From Pirellulales bacterium (lineage in GTDB: Bacteria; Planctomycetota; Planctomycetia; Pirellulales; JAEUIK01), in the NCBI GenBank assembly GCA_965227275.1, contig CBDDFU010000001.1, positions 3,378,764 to 3,442,763 of the forward strand: a DNA stretch of 64,000 nucleotides, read 5' to 3'. The first letter of the stretch is position 1. Every line of letters begins with the position of its first letter. Positions 36,413 to 46,931 of the stretch are shown here, piece after piece. A program made the translations under genes and the position numbers. The notes beneath the pieces were generated by a model, which worked only from the letters and a program-made list of their open reading frames with translations, was not told where the DNA came from and searched no databases.

Positions 36413-37588
36413 ATGAGTAAGCCTCAAACACAACAACAGCCAGACCATGCCCGAGATGCCTGGACACTTCGCGAAGGTGTGGTCTATCTCAACCACGGTG
36501 CCTTTGGCCCTTCACCGCGTGTGGTTCAACTGGCGCAACAACAGTGGCAGCAGAAGTTGGAAGGTGATCCGACAGACTTCTTTTTGAGGATTCTGCCTGG
36601 GGAATTGGAGGCCAGCCTGGGGAAGTTGGCTCGGTTTATCAACGCACCGGCGGAAGATTGTGTGTTCCTCGACAACTCGACCGAGGGCATGAATGTGGTT
36701 GCCCGAAGTGTGGCGCTGCAAGCGGGCGACGAAGTGCTGGTGACGAACCACGATTACGGGGCCGTGCAGCGAATTTGGGAACACACTTGCCGTGATCGAG
36801 GTGCCCGGCTTCAAATCTGCAACGTTCCGACGCCGATCCAATCGTCCGACGATTGGTGCGATGCGATTTTGGCCAACGTCAGTTCTCGAACCCGCCTGGC
36901 CGTGTTCAGCCACGTCACTTCGCCGACGGCCATGGTGTTGCCCGTCGTGCAACTGTGTGAGCAACTGCGTCAACGGGGCATCGTCACGTGCATCGACGGT
37001 CCGCATGCCATCGCGATGCAACCGTTGGACATTCAGGCGTTGGACTGCGACTTCTACACGGCCAGTTGCCACAAGTGGCTCTGCGGCCCGTTCGGCTCGG
37101 GCTTTCTATACGCCCACCCTCGCGTGCAGGCCGAGATTCGCCCGGCGGTCATCAGTTGGGGGCGCCCTCTGACCGACGCGAAGTATGGTTGGCAAGACGA
37201 GTTTCGCTGGCAGGGCACGCGCGATTATGCCGCCAAGCTTGCCGTGGCGACCGCCGTGGAATTCATCACGGACGCCGGCCTGGAGCAGTTCCGCCAACAG
37301 ACGCACGCCATGGCCCGTTACGCCAGAGAACGCATTGGTGATGTGTTCGGGCTACCCCACCTCACCCCCGACTCACCGCGGCACTACGGGTCGATGGTGG
37401 CCGTGCCCTTACCCCCGGGCGAAGCGCAACCACTGCAGGATATCCTGTGGACCGATCACCGCATCGAGGTGCCGATCATCGAGTGGGAGGCCCAACGTCT
37501 GATCCGCGTCTCGTGTCACCTTTACACCACTCGCGACGAGATCGATCAGTTGGTCTCGGCGTTGCAGCGACAGTTGAGCAAAACGTGA
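36413..37588 (+). CDS. Aminotransferase class V / cysteine-desulfurase-like PLP enzyme (isopenicillin-N-epimerase-like)
   Basis: 391-aa ORF. YLNHGAFGPSP N-terminus and FYTASCHKWLCGPFGSGFLY (PLP-lysine region). Confidence 0.8.
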   Translation: MSKPQTQQQPDHARDAWTLREGVVYLNHGAFGPSPRVVQLAQQQWQQKLEGDPTDFFLRILPGELEASLGKLARFINAPAEDCVFLDNSTEGMNVVARSVALQAGDEVLVTNHDYGAVQRIWEHTCRDRGARLQICNVPTPIQSSDDWCDAILANVSSRTRLAVFSHVTSPTAMVLPVVQLCEQLRQRGIVTCIDGPHAIAMQPLDIQALDCDFYTASCHKWLCGPFGSGFLYAHPRVQAEIRPAVISWGRPLTDAKYGWQDEFRWQGTRDYAAKLAVATAVEFITDAGLEQFRQQTHAMARYARERIGDVFGLPHLTPDSPRHYGSMVAVPLPPGEAQPLQDILWTDHRIEVPIIEWEAQRLIRVSCHLYTTRDEIDQLVSALQRQLSKT

Positions 37589-37606
37589 TTTAGTCGCTTC
37601 AATGAC

Positions 37607-37996
37607 CTACTCGTCGATTGCCCGCACATACTTGTGGCAATTGATGCACCGCATGGTGAGCCCTACGTAGGCCAATGCGGCTCCGTCGAGGTTCTTTGAA
37701 TCGGCGGCCCGGGTGAGCGCGTTCGACGTTCTGCGGAACTCGGCGCTTTGATTGGCATACTCGTCGGTGTGAACCACGTTCCACGTCGAGTCGAGGCTAA
37801 TCAAACTCATGTCTTGTGAATTCTTGGCAATCATCTCGAAATCTTCGGTCGTGAGCCCCTCCAGAATCCCTTGAGCGTATTCGAGCTTCAATCGCATGAA
37901 GTCGCTCACATCGTTGGGCTCTTTGGTCTTTCCTGGAACGGCAATCAACACGGTAACCGGCAATGCAATAACGAGTAGTACGAGAATCCGTTTCAT
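37607..37996 (-). CDS. Class II (cytochrome c-prime-like) c-type cytochrome
   Basis: 129-aa ORF. Signal peptide, a helix-rich sequence of ~100 aa, and a single CINCH heme motif about 10 residues from the C-terminus, as in four-helix-bundle class II cytochromes c. Confidence 0.55.
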   Translation of the reverse strand: MKRILVLLVIALPVTVLIAVPGKTKEPNDVSDFMRLKLEYAQGILEGLTTEDFEMIAKNSQDMSLISLDSTWNVVHTDEYANQSAEFRRTSNALTRAADSKNLDGAALAYVGLTMRCINCHKYVRAIDE

Positions 37997-38351
37997 GGTG
38001 ATCTCTCCGGGGAATGGCCTTCAATGGCCCAGCGAATTTGGACATGGTGCGCCGCGCGATGTGTGCGGCGGATCACCAATGTAAATATTCGGACAGATCG
38101 ACCGCAAGATTGTTGTCAGCGTTCATGGAGAGTCGTGGGATACAGTTTTCGGTCGGAGAGAAGCAGCGCCTCGTACCGCAATGTGAGAACCCCTTAAAAT
38201 CCAGTCTTCGGTGAATCTGATGTGTTTCACTACGGTTTGTTTCTGCCCCCGCTGCGAATTATTATGAGGGTGATCAATTTTTAGTTGATCGCCCCCGAAC
38301 CCGCCGCATCGCGTCATCATCTTTGCTCTCTTTTGTCTCATCGGAAGCCGT

Positions 38352-41300
38352 ATGACAGTCCCCGTCTACATGTTGAGCTATCTACGCCGCCTGTCTCAAT
38401 TGTCCCTGGTTGCCATCACTATGTTTGGCACATTCGCGATGCCGGGGCTCACGAACCTCTTCGTGGCTTCCTGTGGAACTGTTCACGCAGCGGAGGTGGA
38501 CGATGACGAAGAAGACGAAGACGGTTTACCTCCGGCGGGGTTGATTGCCACTTACAAGTCGTCGGGAACCGCGGAGGCAAACTTCTCCCGGCTCGAACCA
38601 ACCCCCGCCGTATTGCTCACCGAGAGCCAGTCGCCCGATCCTCGTTTGCAGCCCGGCAAGTGGGCGGTGCGGTGGAGTGGTCAGCTCCAGGTCCTGCAAC
38701 CCGGTACCTATCGTTTCTCCGCGATCCTCGACGGAACGCTAACGGTGCGGCTGGACGACAAGGTGGTGCTGGAGGGGAGCAGCGAAGACATCGAGGAGGT
38801 CTCCGGGAGCGAGATCGAACTCCCGTTCGGATTGCACCCCATCCAGATCGAGTATCAGCCTTCACCAACCCAGGCCCGACTGCGCCTGATGTGGGAGAGC
38901 GATCAGTTCGCCGAGGAACCGGTCCCCGCCACGGCCTTTTCCCACCAACCAACACTAAGGCCGGAGTCTGATGAGGGCGGTTGGCTATCGTCCTTCGCCC
39001 ACGGTCAGTTGATGGTAGAGGAACACGCTTGCATCGCCTGTCACTCGGCTAGCGACGAAGTGCCCCTGTCGCAATCGCTTTCTCGCCGTGAAGGGCCGCG
39101 ACTCCATCAAGGTTCGCAACGGCTGAAGGCCGCGTGGATCTACGCGTGGCTAGCCGATCCCCAGGTATTCCGTACCGAGGCCGTCATGCCACGGCTGTTT
39201 CCATCCGACGCCAACGGAGATGCGGAGCGGTATGCGTTGGCGGTTTACCTGAGTCAGTCGACACCAAGCGGCAGCGATGCTCAGTACGCCATGACCAGCG
39301 AGAAGGTTGCCGCGGGGCAAAAGCTCTTCGAACGCATTGGTTGCACCGTCTGCCATGACAAACAAGGAGATCTCGCGGCCAGGGCGACGCTGGCCAAATT
39401 GGGACAGAAGACCACCCCCGAGCAGCTTGCCCGTTTCTTGCAAGATCCGCTGGCCGTCGACCCCTCGGGCCGCATGCCCCACATGTTTCTGTCGGAGGAT
39501 GAGTCCGACAGTCTCGCCCAGTATCTCATCGACCGAGATGCCAGTGAAAGCGGTTCGCTGGAACTGCCCGCGGCGCCGAGTGTGGAGAGTGTCCGTGCGG
39601 CCTACATGGCGATGGGCAAGACGGATGCAGAAGCCAAATCGTTCGACGCGATGCCCACAAACGAACAACTTGAGTCGCTGGCCGTGGCGTCATTGCAAAT
39701 CCGTCGCTGTATCAATTGTCACGAGGTGCGTGACCCAAGCGGCGAGGTTCAAGGCAATCCACGAATGGCCGACCACAACCTGTCGGACGTGGCTCAGGCG
39801 GCAAGCCAGCCTGTGCAGCCGAAGGGATGTTTGTCCGAAACGGTCGAATTGGATCGTGGAGTCCCACGGTTCGCTGCGGACGTTCGCGACAACAAGTTGC
39901 TGCGAGATTTCTTATCCGAACTCGCTGTCGCCGTGGGCTCAAGCGCACCGGGACACGACGCGTCGCTCACGATGGCGCGTTTTCAGTGCATGCGATGTCA
40001 CGACTACAATGCTCAGGGAGGTTTGAGCCCCGAATTTGCAGCCAAGATGCTGGCCGAGCAGACCGAGGCGGCCGCCGAGCTGATTCATCCCCCCACGCTC
40101 ACCGGGGTCGTTCACAAGTTGTTGGCCAAGCAACTACGCGGCACGCTTGTTGAAGGCTCACGCGCACGTCCCTGGATGGATCTGAGGATGCCGGGTTTCC
40201 CCAAGCCGGCCATGGAAGCGATGCCCTCACGCCTGGCAGCCCTGGAAGGCGACCAGCTGATCGAAACAAACCCAACGATCGAAGCAAACGACGAACTGAT
40301 CGAAGCCGGCCAAACGTTGATCGGTTCGCAAGGATTCGGGTGTACGAAGTGCCACGACCTCGCGGGCAGAACCGGCAGCGGAACACGAGGCCCCGACTTG
40401 GCGAACGTTCCGAGTCGCGTTGGCTACGATTGGTATCTCCACTGGATGACCGACCCCCAACGCATGCAACCGGGCACCCGCATGCCGACGGTTTTCTTTC
40501 AAGGCCAGAGCCCCTATCCCGATGTGTTGGGTGGCGATCCCCAACGTCAGCGCGATGCGATGTGGCAGTACCTGTTGGTGGCCGCCGAACGACCCTTGGC
40601 AGATTCGATGCCCGAGGATGCGGTTGCCGACGCTTTGTCGGCAGACACGATGCCGCAGGTGATGCGGACGTTCTTGCCCGATGTTTCTCCCCGCTCGATG
40701 GCGATTCGCTATCCGCAGAAAATCAATCTGGCCTACGACGCTCAGTCGTGCCGTCTGGCGTATGCCTGGCAGGGAGAATTCCTCGACCTGCAACCTGTAT
40801 GGACTGAACGCGGAGGCCGGCCCGCCCGCATTGAAGGTGAAATCTTTTGGCGGGCCCCGGCAGGATTTCCCTGGGATGTAACCTCCGCGGTCGACGAACT
40901 GCCGAAATTCACCAACCGCGGGGACGACACGGCATTTGGGGCGGTGCTGCCCGACGACAAGAAGCTTCACCCCACGCGGCTCGATTTTCTGGGCTACCGT
41001 CTTTCGCCCCAGGGACCTCAATTCGAGTATGTGTTGTACGACCGAGTTCCCAACGCCCTGGGTACCGGCGTAGTGGATGGACGCAAGCAACTGGCGCACT
41101 TCGCAGAGAACGCTCAGCCATTTATCACGCAGACGTTACGAGGTGTGGTGCGCCGCGTGGCGATGGACGCCGACAGCGGTTCAATCATCTGGCTTCATGC
41201 GGCCGACAGCGAAACGCTGCCCACAGTCTATCGCAAGGGCAATGATCCGCAGGCGATGCAGGCTGATGAACCGCTGGACGCCGCTTCCGTGGTTTGCGAG

Positions 41301-41540
41301 GCAACCCAAAACGGGGCTCCGCTGTTGATCACCGCGAGCGAACCGGCGGCCGGTTCCCAATGGGTGGCGGTCAAGTCAGACTCGGGATACCAGTTGCTGT
41401 TGGCTATCCCTGCCATGGATCAGTCGGTTCGTATGGAAATCCGCATTGCCGTGCCAACGCAGGCATCGCCCGAGGCTATCCAGAAAGCCGTGCTCGAAAT
41501 CACACAGAACAATCTGCCCACTGTTGAGGCATCCGAATGA
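38352..41540 (+). CDS. PA14-domain pentaheme c-type cytochrome
   Basis: 1062-aa ORF. Signal/anchor, acidic linker, PA14-like block (WAVRWSGQLQVLQPGTYRFSAILDGTLTVRLDDKVVLEG). Five CXXCH motifs: CIACH, CTVCH, CINCH, CMRCH, CTKCH. Confidence 0.8.
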   Translation: MTVPVYMLSYLRRLSQLSLVAITMFGTFAMPGLTNLFVASCGTVHAAEVDDDEEDEDGLPPAGLIATYKSSGTAEANFSRLEPTPAVLLTESQSPDPRLQPGKWAVRWSGQLQVLQPGTYRFSAILDGTLTVRLDDKVVLEGSSEDIEEVSGSEIELPFGLHPIQIEYQPSPTQARLRLMWESDQFAEEPVPATAFSHQPTLRPESDEGGWLSSFAHGQLMVEEHACIACHSASDEVPLSQSLSRREGPRLHQGSQRLKAAWIYAWLADPQVFRTEAVMPRLFPSDANGDAERYALAVYLSQSTPSGSDAQYAMTSEKVAAGQKLFERIGCTVCHDKQGDLAARATLAKLGQKTTPEQLARFLQDPLAVDPSGRMPHMFLSEDESDSLAQYLIDRDASESGSLELPAAPSVESVRAAYMAMGKTDAEAKSFDAMPTNEQLESLAVASLQIRRCINCHEVRDPSGEVQGNPRMADHNLSDVAQAASQPVQPKGCLSETVELDRGVPRFAADVRDNKLLRDFLSELAVAVGSSAPGHDASLTMARFQCMRCHDYNAQGGLSPEFAAKMLAEQTEAAAELIHPPTLTGVVHKLLAKQLRGTLVEGSRARPWMDLRMPGFPKPAMEAMPSRLAALEGDQLIETNPTIEANDELIEAGQTLIGSQGFGCTKCHDLAGRTGSGTRGPDLANVPSRVGYDWYLHWMTDPQRMQPGTRMPTVFFQGQSPYPDVLGGDPQRQRDAMWQYLLVAAERPLADSMPEDAVADALSADTMPQVMRTFLPDVSPRSMAIRYPQKINLAYDAQSCRLAYAWQGEFLDLQPVWTERGGRPARIEGEIFWRAPAGFPWDVTSAVDELPKFTNRGDDTAFGAVLPDDKKLHPTRLDFLGYRLSPQGPQFEYVLYDRVPNALGTGVVDGRKQLAHFAENAQPFITQTLRGVVRRVAMDADSGSIIWLHAADSETLPTVYRKGNDPQAMQADEPLDAASVVCEATQNGAPLLITASEPAAGSQWVAVKSDSGYQLLLAIPAMDQSVRMEIRIAVPTQASPEAIQKAVLEITQNNLPTVEASE

Positions 41541-43591
41541 GTTCTACAAGTTCAAAAGAGTATCGCCATGTGTTCGTGATGCGGGGGCGAGTAATTCATT
41601 TGCTGCTCGCATGGGGCGTGTTGTTAACAGCCACCGCGGTCAGAGCGGAAACCAAGACCGACATGGTCTACGTGAAGAAGGCCAGCCGCGAAGAGACGAA
41701 GGAAGCCACGCTGGAGGCCAGCGGGTATGCCGGGTGGAGTCCGCGTTGGAATATCATTGGCCCATTCGATAACACCGACGGAAAGGGTTTCAGTGCGGTT
41801 TATCCTCCCGAGCAGGAATTGGACCTGGAAGCCACGTACGAGGGCAAGGGCGGCGAAGTCCGCTGGAAGAAGGCGCGATTCCGCGACGGTATTGTTTATA
41901 GCCTGAACCGATTCGGTCAGTCGGACGATTGCGTCTGCTACCTGTATCGCCAAATCGAGAGCGATCAGGCCAAGGAAGTTCGCGTCTCGCTGGGCAGCGA
42001 CGATGGGATTGTTGTTTGGCTCAACGGTGAAAAACTGCTGGCCCGCGACGTTTCACGGGCTGCCGCCGCCGATCAGGATTTTGTGACGTTGGATCTGAAG
42101 GAAGGCACCAATGATCTGCTGCTCAAAGTGACCAACCGCGGCTCGAATTGGCAGTTCTACTTCAATCCCACGATATCTGATCGTTTCATGGTCAAGCTGC
42201 AGCGGCAACTCGATTCCGATTTTCCCCCGCTAGGCGAAGCGTTGCACTACCGCATGTACGCGTTGCCGTTGCCCGAGGACGAGATGATTGAAGTCGGCGG
42301 GCTGGCGTTTGCCCCCGATGGCCGACTGTTCGTCGGCACCCGACGCGGCGATGTATTCGTGGTGGACGAGCCCCTTGCCGAAGACCCAGACCGCATTCAC
42401 TTGAAGCCGTACCTCCGCGGGCTGCACGAGATCCTCGGTCTGCAAACCAATGGGAATGAAGAACTCCTGGTGGGGCAGCGTCCCGAAGTAACCTTGGTTC
42501 GCGATGAAGACCACAATCTCATGGCCGACACCTTCCTAACGGTTTGCGATAAGTTCGGCATCTCGGGCAACTACCACGAGTATCTGTACGGGCCCGTTCG
42601 CGATGCGGAAGGAAACTTGTTCATTTCGCTCAACTGTGCCTTCGGCGGGGGCCATTCATCGCGGGTTCCGTATCGCGGATGGATGATCAAGATTCAGCCC
42701 GACGGACAGATGATTCCCTGGGCCTACGGGTTACGCAGCCCCAACGGGCTGAACTTCAGCCCCGATGGCCGCTTGTTCTATGCCGATAACCAAGGGGAGT
42801 GGATTCCCACCTGCAAACTGCAGGAAGTAAGGCAAAACGAGTTCTACGGACACGTGGCCAGCGTGCCGTGGGCTCCCGGTGGGGACGAGGAGAATCCCCC
42901 GGAGATGATTCCGCCTGCCATCTGGTTCCCGTTTCTTGTCTGTCGCTCGGCCAGCGAAATGGTGTGGGATACCTCCGGCGGAAAGTTCGGCCCCTTCGAG
43001 GGTCAGTGCTTCGTCGGCGAGCTGACAAACTCGTTGATCATGCGTTGCGACCTGGAAGAAGTGCGGGGCCGCATGCAAGGTGCGTGCTTCATCTTTCGCA
43101 AAGGGTTCCACTGCGGGGTGAACCGACTGGAGTTCGCCTCCGACGGGAGCTTGTTCGTCGGAGAGACCAATCGCGGTTGGGGTTCCATCGGCGGCAGAAC
43201 CCAAGGGGTCGAGCGGCTCGAATACTCCGGCGTCGTGCCGTTCGAAATCAAAACCTTGCGGGTCACCCCCGACGGTTGGGAGTTGACGTTGACCAAGCCC
43301 GCTCGGGTTGAGCTGGCAAAAGAACTCAAACGATACGCCCTAAGATCGTACACGTACCATTATTGGAGCACCTACGGCTCGCCCGAGATTGAACAACGCT
43401 CCAACGACATTACCGCGGTCGACGTTTCCGACGATGGCCTAACCATACGACTGACGGTACCGCAGCGCGAAGTCGGTCGAGTGTTTCAGTTCAAATTTAG
43501 TGGAATCAATTCACAGGACGGCGACCCCCTGTTGCATTCGCAAGCCTGGTACACGCTGAACGCCCTGCCCGAGGACGAGTCGTCCGAGTGA
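41537..43591 (+). CDS. Secreted beta-sandwich + beta-propeller protein (sorbosone/glucose dehydrogenase-like, planctomycete 'membrane-bound dehydrogenase' type)
   Basis: 684-aa ORF whose ATG overlaps the upstream stop (ATGA). Signal peptide, N-terminal module shared with 14881-18438, then propeller-like blocks (GLAFAPDGRLFVGTRRGDVFVV, GLRSPNGLNFSPDGRLFYADNQGEW). Confidence 0.7.
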   Translation: MSSTSSKEYRHVFVMRGRVIHLLLAWGVLLTATAVRAETKTDMVYVKKASREETKEATLEASGYAGWSPRWNIIGPFDNTDGKGFSAVYPPEQELDLEATYEGKGGEVRWKKARFRDGIVYSLNRFGQSDDCVCYLYRQIESDQAKEVRVSLGSDDGIVVWLNGEKLLARDVSRAAAADQDFVTLDLKEGTNDLLLKVTNRGSNWQFYFNPTISDRFMVKLQRQLDSDFPPLGEALHYRMYALPLPEDEMIEVGGLAFAPDGRLFVGTRRGDVFVVDEPLAEDPDRIHLKPYLRGLHEILGLQTNGNEELLVGQRPEVTLVRDEDHNLMADTFLTVCDKFGISGNYHEYLYGPVRDAEGNLFISLNCAFGGGHSSRVPYRGWMIKIQPDGQMIPWAYGLRSPNGLNFSPDGRLFYADNQGEWIPTCKLQEVRQNEFYGHVASVPWAPGGDEENPPEMIPPAIWFPFLVCRSASEMVWDTSGGKFGPFEGQCFVGELTNSLIMRCDLEEVRGRMQGACFIFRKGFHCGVNRLEFASDGSLFVGETNRGWGSIGGRTQGVERLEYSGVVPFEIKTLRVTPDGWELTLTKPARVELAKELKRYALRSYTYHYWSTYGSPEIEQRSNDITAVDVSDDGLTIRLTVPQREVGRVFQFKFSGINSQDGDPLLHSQAWYTLNALPEDESSE

Positions 43592-43620
43592 TCGCAAGGG
43601 ATAGCTCTCCACAGCCAGCC

Positions 43621-46600
43621 TTATGGTGAGGCCGCCGCGGTGGTTTCACTTCCCTCTCGCGGTTGCTGCAGTTGCAGGTAGCTGAACAGGTCGCGAAGCT
43701 CCTGTGGCGTGAGTTTCTCCAACAGTCTCTCCGGCATCAACGAGCGAGCGTGCGGTTCAATCACCTCGATCTCGTCGGTGCCGACCTCGGTTCGCATATT
43801 CTTTTCGTTGGCCAACGTGATCGAGGCCGGCGTCTGGTCCACCATGATCCCAACCAGCACACGTCCGTCGCTCAACTGCACGGTGTAGTTCATGTGTTCT
43901 TTCCGCACCAGCAGCGTCGGATCGATGATGTGTTCCAACAGGTACGCCCGATCCGAACGGTTCGCCGCCGTAAGGTCGGGTCCTAACGTTTGCCCTTCGT
44001 TGAACAGCCGGTGGCATACACCGCAGTGTTTGAGAAACAGTTTGTGCCCGTTGGCGGGATCTCCCAGCCCTGCATTTAAATCGTTGTTCAGCCTGCGAAC
44101 CTCGGCCAGCTTCTCGCCAGGGCTGGCCGGGGCGATGCGGCCCCAGTGTTTGGCGATCAGCCGATCGACTTCCGGGAGTTGATGTAAGGCGGCCTGTTGT
44201 AGTTGATCGACGGTGACCTCTTTGCCGGCTACACTGCCCGCGTCCACCGCCGACAAGAAGACCAAGGTTGAGGCAGGCCTCGCGAAGAACAACGCCCGAG
44301 CCTCGCGACGCAGCGTTTCCGACAAGGCCGCGTAGTTCTTCAGCAGAGTTGCGGTGATGTGCTCGTCGTCAAAGCGAGCGACTGCACGAATAGCAGCCGC
44401 GGCCAGTTCGGTGGAATGATCGTGTTCAACCAGCTCTAATAGTTGCGGTATCGACTCGCGATCGTTCAGGCTTCCCAATAGCTCAAGCATGGCCAACCGC
44501 AAGGCCAGTTCGGCGGAACGTTCATTGCTAAGGTTTCTCGCCCGGTCGATCGCGGCCTCATGTCCAAGACGGGCCAGCACGCCGATTAACTGGGGGTCTT
44601 CGGTCGTGGAAGTCCACGAAGCGGAGATTGCTTCCAACAGTGGAATCGCCCTGCGATCGACCCTGCCGACGGGCAAACCCTCGGCAACCGACTCGAGCAG
44701 CACTAGACGTTCTTCTTGGTTCGAGTCCTGCCAAAGTTTCGCTGCGGCGGCAAACCCTGCGTCCGAGTTTTCTGCCACCCAGCGGCGCATGATTCTCGGC
44801 AACAGAACCCGCTTCGCTAGTCTCGACTGCTGAAGTGATGCATCGTCGAAGAATTCCCGGACCTGGTCGATGTCTGCTACCGCATGTTTTTCAAGGGCCC
44901 ACCACAACAGCAGAGGAATGTGTGGGTCGTTGAGATCGATGTCTTGTTGGCAAATACCTCGCACGATGGGGAGCCCGGCGGTCGCAGGCAATCGATTCGC
45001 GGTGCTCGCCAGTTGACTGCGCACATCGACATCCCCTTCATTTGCCGCCAGCTCGACCAACGCCGCGCTCAACGAACTTCCCACACGCTCGCGATCACCA
45101 CTCAGCCGAACGGACCAACGCCGCACATCCGGCGACGTGTGCTGCAGCAGGTTCTGCAGGAGGCCATCATTCACGCCGCCGGTCGCTTCCAACGCCCACA
45201 AGTATTGCAGGGCCTGTGGACCCTCAGCACTCTCATCGAGTTTCCGGCGGAGCAGGGGGGCCAAGGTTCGGTCCTGCTGTTCGGCAAGCAACACCCGGGC
45301 GCGGCGTCTCAACCAGTCATTCGAACTGGTCAGTAACTCCACGAGATCGGTACTCGAAGCGTTTTCTAGTTCCAACTCGGGCGATGATGTTTCGGTGGTG
45401 GAGCGAATGCGAATGATGCGTCCATTCGTGCGGTCCCATTCGGCGTCGGGGTCGGGATGGGCGGTTCGCTGGTCGTGCCAGTCGGCCACGTAGATCGCCC
45501 CGTCGGGCCCAACAGCAAGATCGCTAGGTGCAAACCAGGTGTCGCCGGAGTCCAGCAGCGGTTCATGTTGTCGCCCTCGAAAGGTTGAGCCATCGCGCGA
45601 CAGCGTGTGCCAGTACACGGAGTGCGAGAGTAGATTCGCGCCGATGTATGCTCCGCGATATTCCTGCGGGAGGTTATCGCCCTGATAGATGGTTCCTCCC
45701 ACGGTAACGTGACCGCCGGAAATATTCTCATGCGTCACGTGCTCGAAGTAGCCGTAAGTGTGAGGATTTTGCAGGGCTCCATGCTTGCCAAAACTCTTCC
45801 AGTAGTAGCCGCCTTGCACGCCGTGCAGCAGGACATTGCCCCCGACGTTGGTGCTGGCGAAGAGGTGACCACGATCATCGAAATCGACACCCCACGTATT
45901 GCCGCCGCCCTCGTAAAACAATTCGAAGCGTTGCGATTGCGGATGGTAACGCCAGACGCCTTGTTGGAATTCAATCCCGCGGATATTCGCGGTGACGGTG
46001 CTGCCTTGAGCCCCGTAGAGCCAACCGTCGGGCCCCCACGTCAACGAGTTGGCCACGGAGTGCGCGTCCTGCATGCCGAAGCCGGTGAGCAACACCTCGG
46101 GGTCACCGTCCGGCACATCGTCGCCATCGCGATCTGCGTAGAACAGCAGGTACGGCACCTGCAAGACGAACACCCCGCCGTTCCCGAAGGCAAACCCCGT
46201 TGCGAGGTTCAAACCATCGACAAAGTCTTTCGCCGAATCGTATCGGCCGTCGCCGTCACGATCTTTCAGAATCGTAAGCCGATCGGCACCTCGCGGTCCG
46301 TGCGGTGGTGGCTTCGGCACCCGATCGTATGTGGTTCGGGAATATCGATCCCATTTCACGCGCTCGAGACCGGCAGGGTTGGGATACTGCAGGTACTGCA
46401 TCACCCACAGTCTTCCCCGATTGTCGAAGTCGATGGCGACCGGCTGTCGCACCAGCGGTTCGCAGGCAACCAAATCGACTCGCAACCCCTCGGCCACGGT
46501 CATTCGCCCGGCAGCCTCGTCGGCCGAATAACCTTGGGCGTTCACTTGCAGCGCTACAAGAGCAAGAAACAGCACCGCGAACAAGCACCGCAGTGCGAGC

Positions 46601-46650
46601 CTTACCGCGGCAATTTCCGTCGAGCGATTTCGCGACCGCAAACCAGTCAA
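43621..46650 (-). CDS. PVC-type putative membrane-bound dehydrogenase domain / HEAT repeats / C-terminal cytochrome c protein
   Basis: 1009-aa ORF (TTG start). EGLRVDLVACEPLVRQPVAIDFDNRGRLWV N-terminal domain, long helical HEAT-like middle, and C-terminal HCGVCHRLFNEGQTLGPDLT heme-c domain. Confidence 0.8.
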   Translation of the reverse strand: MTGLRSRNRSTEIAAVRLALRCLFAVLFLALVALQVNAQGYSADEAAGRMTVAEGLRVDLVACEPLVRQPVAIDFDNRGRLWVMQYLQYPNPAGLERVKWDRYSRTTYDRVPKPPPHGPRGADRLTILKDRDGDGRYDSAKDFVDGLNLATGFAFGNGGVFVLQVPYLLFYADRDGDDVPDGDPEVLLTGFGMQDAHSVANSLTWGPDGWLYGAQGSTVTANIRGIEFQQGVWRYHPQSQRFELFYEGGGNTWGVDFDDRGHLFASTNVGGNVLLHGVQGGYYWKSFGKHGALQNPHTYGYFEHVTHENISGGHVTVGGTIYQGDNLPQEYRGAYIGANLLSHSVYWHTLSRDGSTFRGRQHEPLLDSGDTWFAPSDLAVGPDGAIYVADWHDQRTAHPDPDAEWDRTNGRIIRIRSTTETSSPELELENASSTDLVELLTSSNDWLRRRARVLLAEQQDRTLAPLLRRKLDESAEGPQALQYLWALEATGGVNDGLLQNLLQHTSPDVRRWSVRLSGDRERVGSSLSAALVELAANEGDVDVRSQLASTANRLPATAGLPIVRGICQQDIDLNDPHIPLLLWWALEKHAVADIDQVREFFDDASLQQSRLAKRVLLPRIMRRWVAENSDAGFAAAAKLWQDSNQEERLVLLESVAEGLPVGRVDRRAIPLLEAISASWTSTTEDPQLIGVLARLGHEAAIDRARNLSNERSAELALRLAMLELLGSLNDRESIPQLLELVEHDHSTELAAAAIRAVARFDDEHITATLLKNYAALSETLRREARALFFARPASTLVFLSAVDAGSVAGKEVTVDQLQQAALHQLPEVDRLIAKHWGRIAPASPGEKLAEVRRLNNDLNAGLGDPANGHKLFLKHCGVCHRLFNEGQTLGPDLTAANRSDRAYLLEHIIDPTLLVRKEHMNYTVQLSDGRVLVGIMVDQTPASITLANEKNMRTEVGTDEIEVIEPHARSLMPERLLEKLTPQELRDLFSYLQLQQPREGSETTAAASP

Positions 46651-46931
46651 TCTTGCACCTCAACGCCTTTCCAGAAAGCGTAAAGGCCCTTGATGTTTTC
46701 CGCTGCCGGCTTCGGATCGGCATAGCACCAAACCGCGTCTTTGTTTTCTTCTCCGTCGACCATCAGGTTGTAGTAGCTAGCCGTTCCTTTCCAGCCACAG
46801 ACGCTGGTCGTCTCGCTGGGCTTGAAGTACTCCTCGTGGATCGACTCAACGGGGAAGTAATGATTCCCGTCTACCACTTCGGTCTGATCGCTTTCAGCTA
46901 CAATCTGGCCGTTCCAAATTGCTTTTGGCAT
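46647..46931 (-). CDS. DUF427 domain protein
   Basis: 94-aa ORF. MPKAIWNGQIVAESD...VVDGNHYFP...CGWKGTASYYNL...NKDAVWCY matches the DUF427 pattern. The stop overlaps the downstream TTG start (TTGA). Confidence 0.8.
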   Translation of the reverse strand: MPKAIWNGQIVAESDQTEVVDGNHYFPVESIHEEYFKPSETTSVCGWKGTASYYNLMVDGEENKDAVWCYADPKPAAENIKGLYAFWKGVEVQD

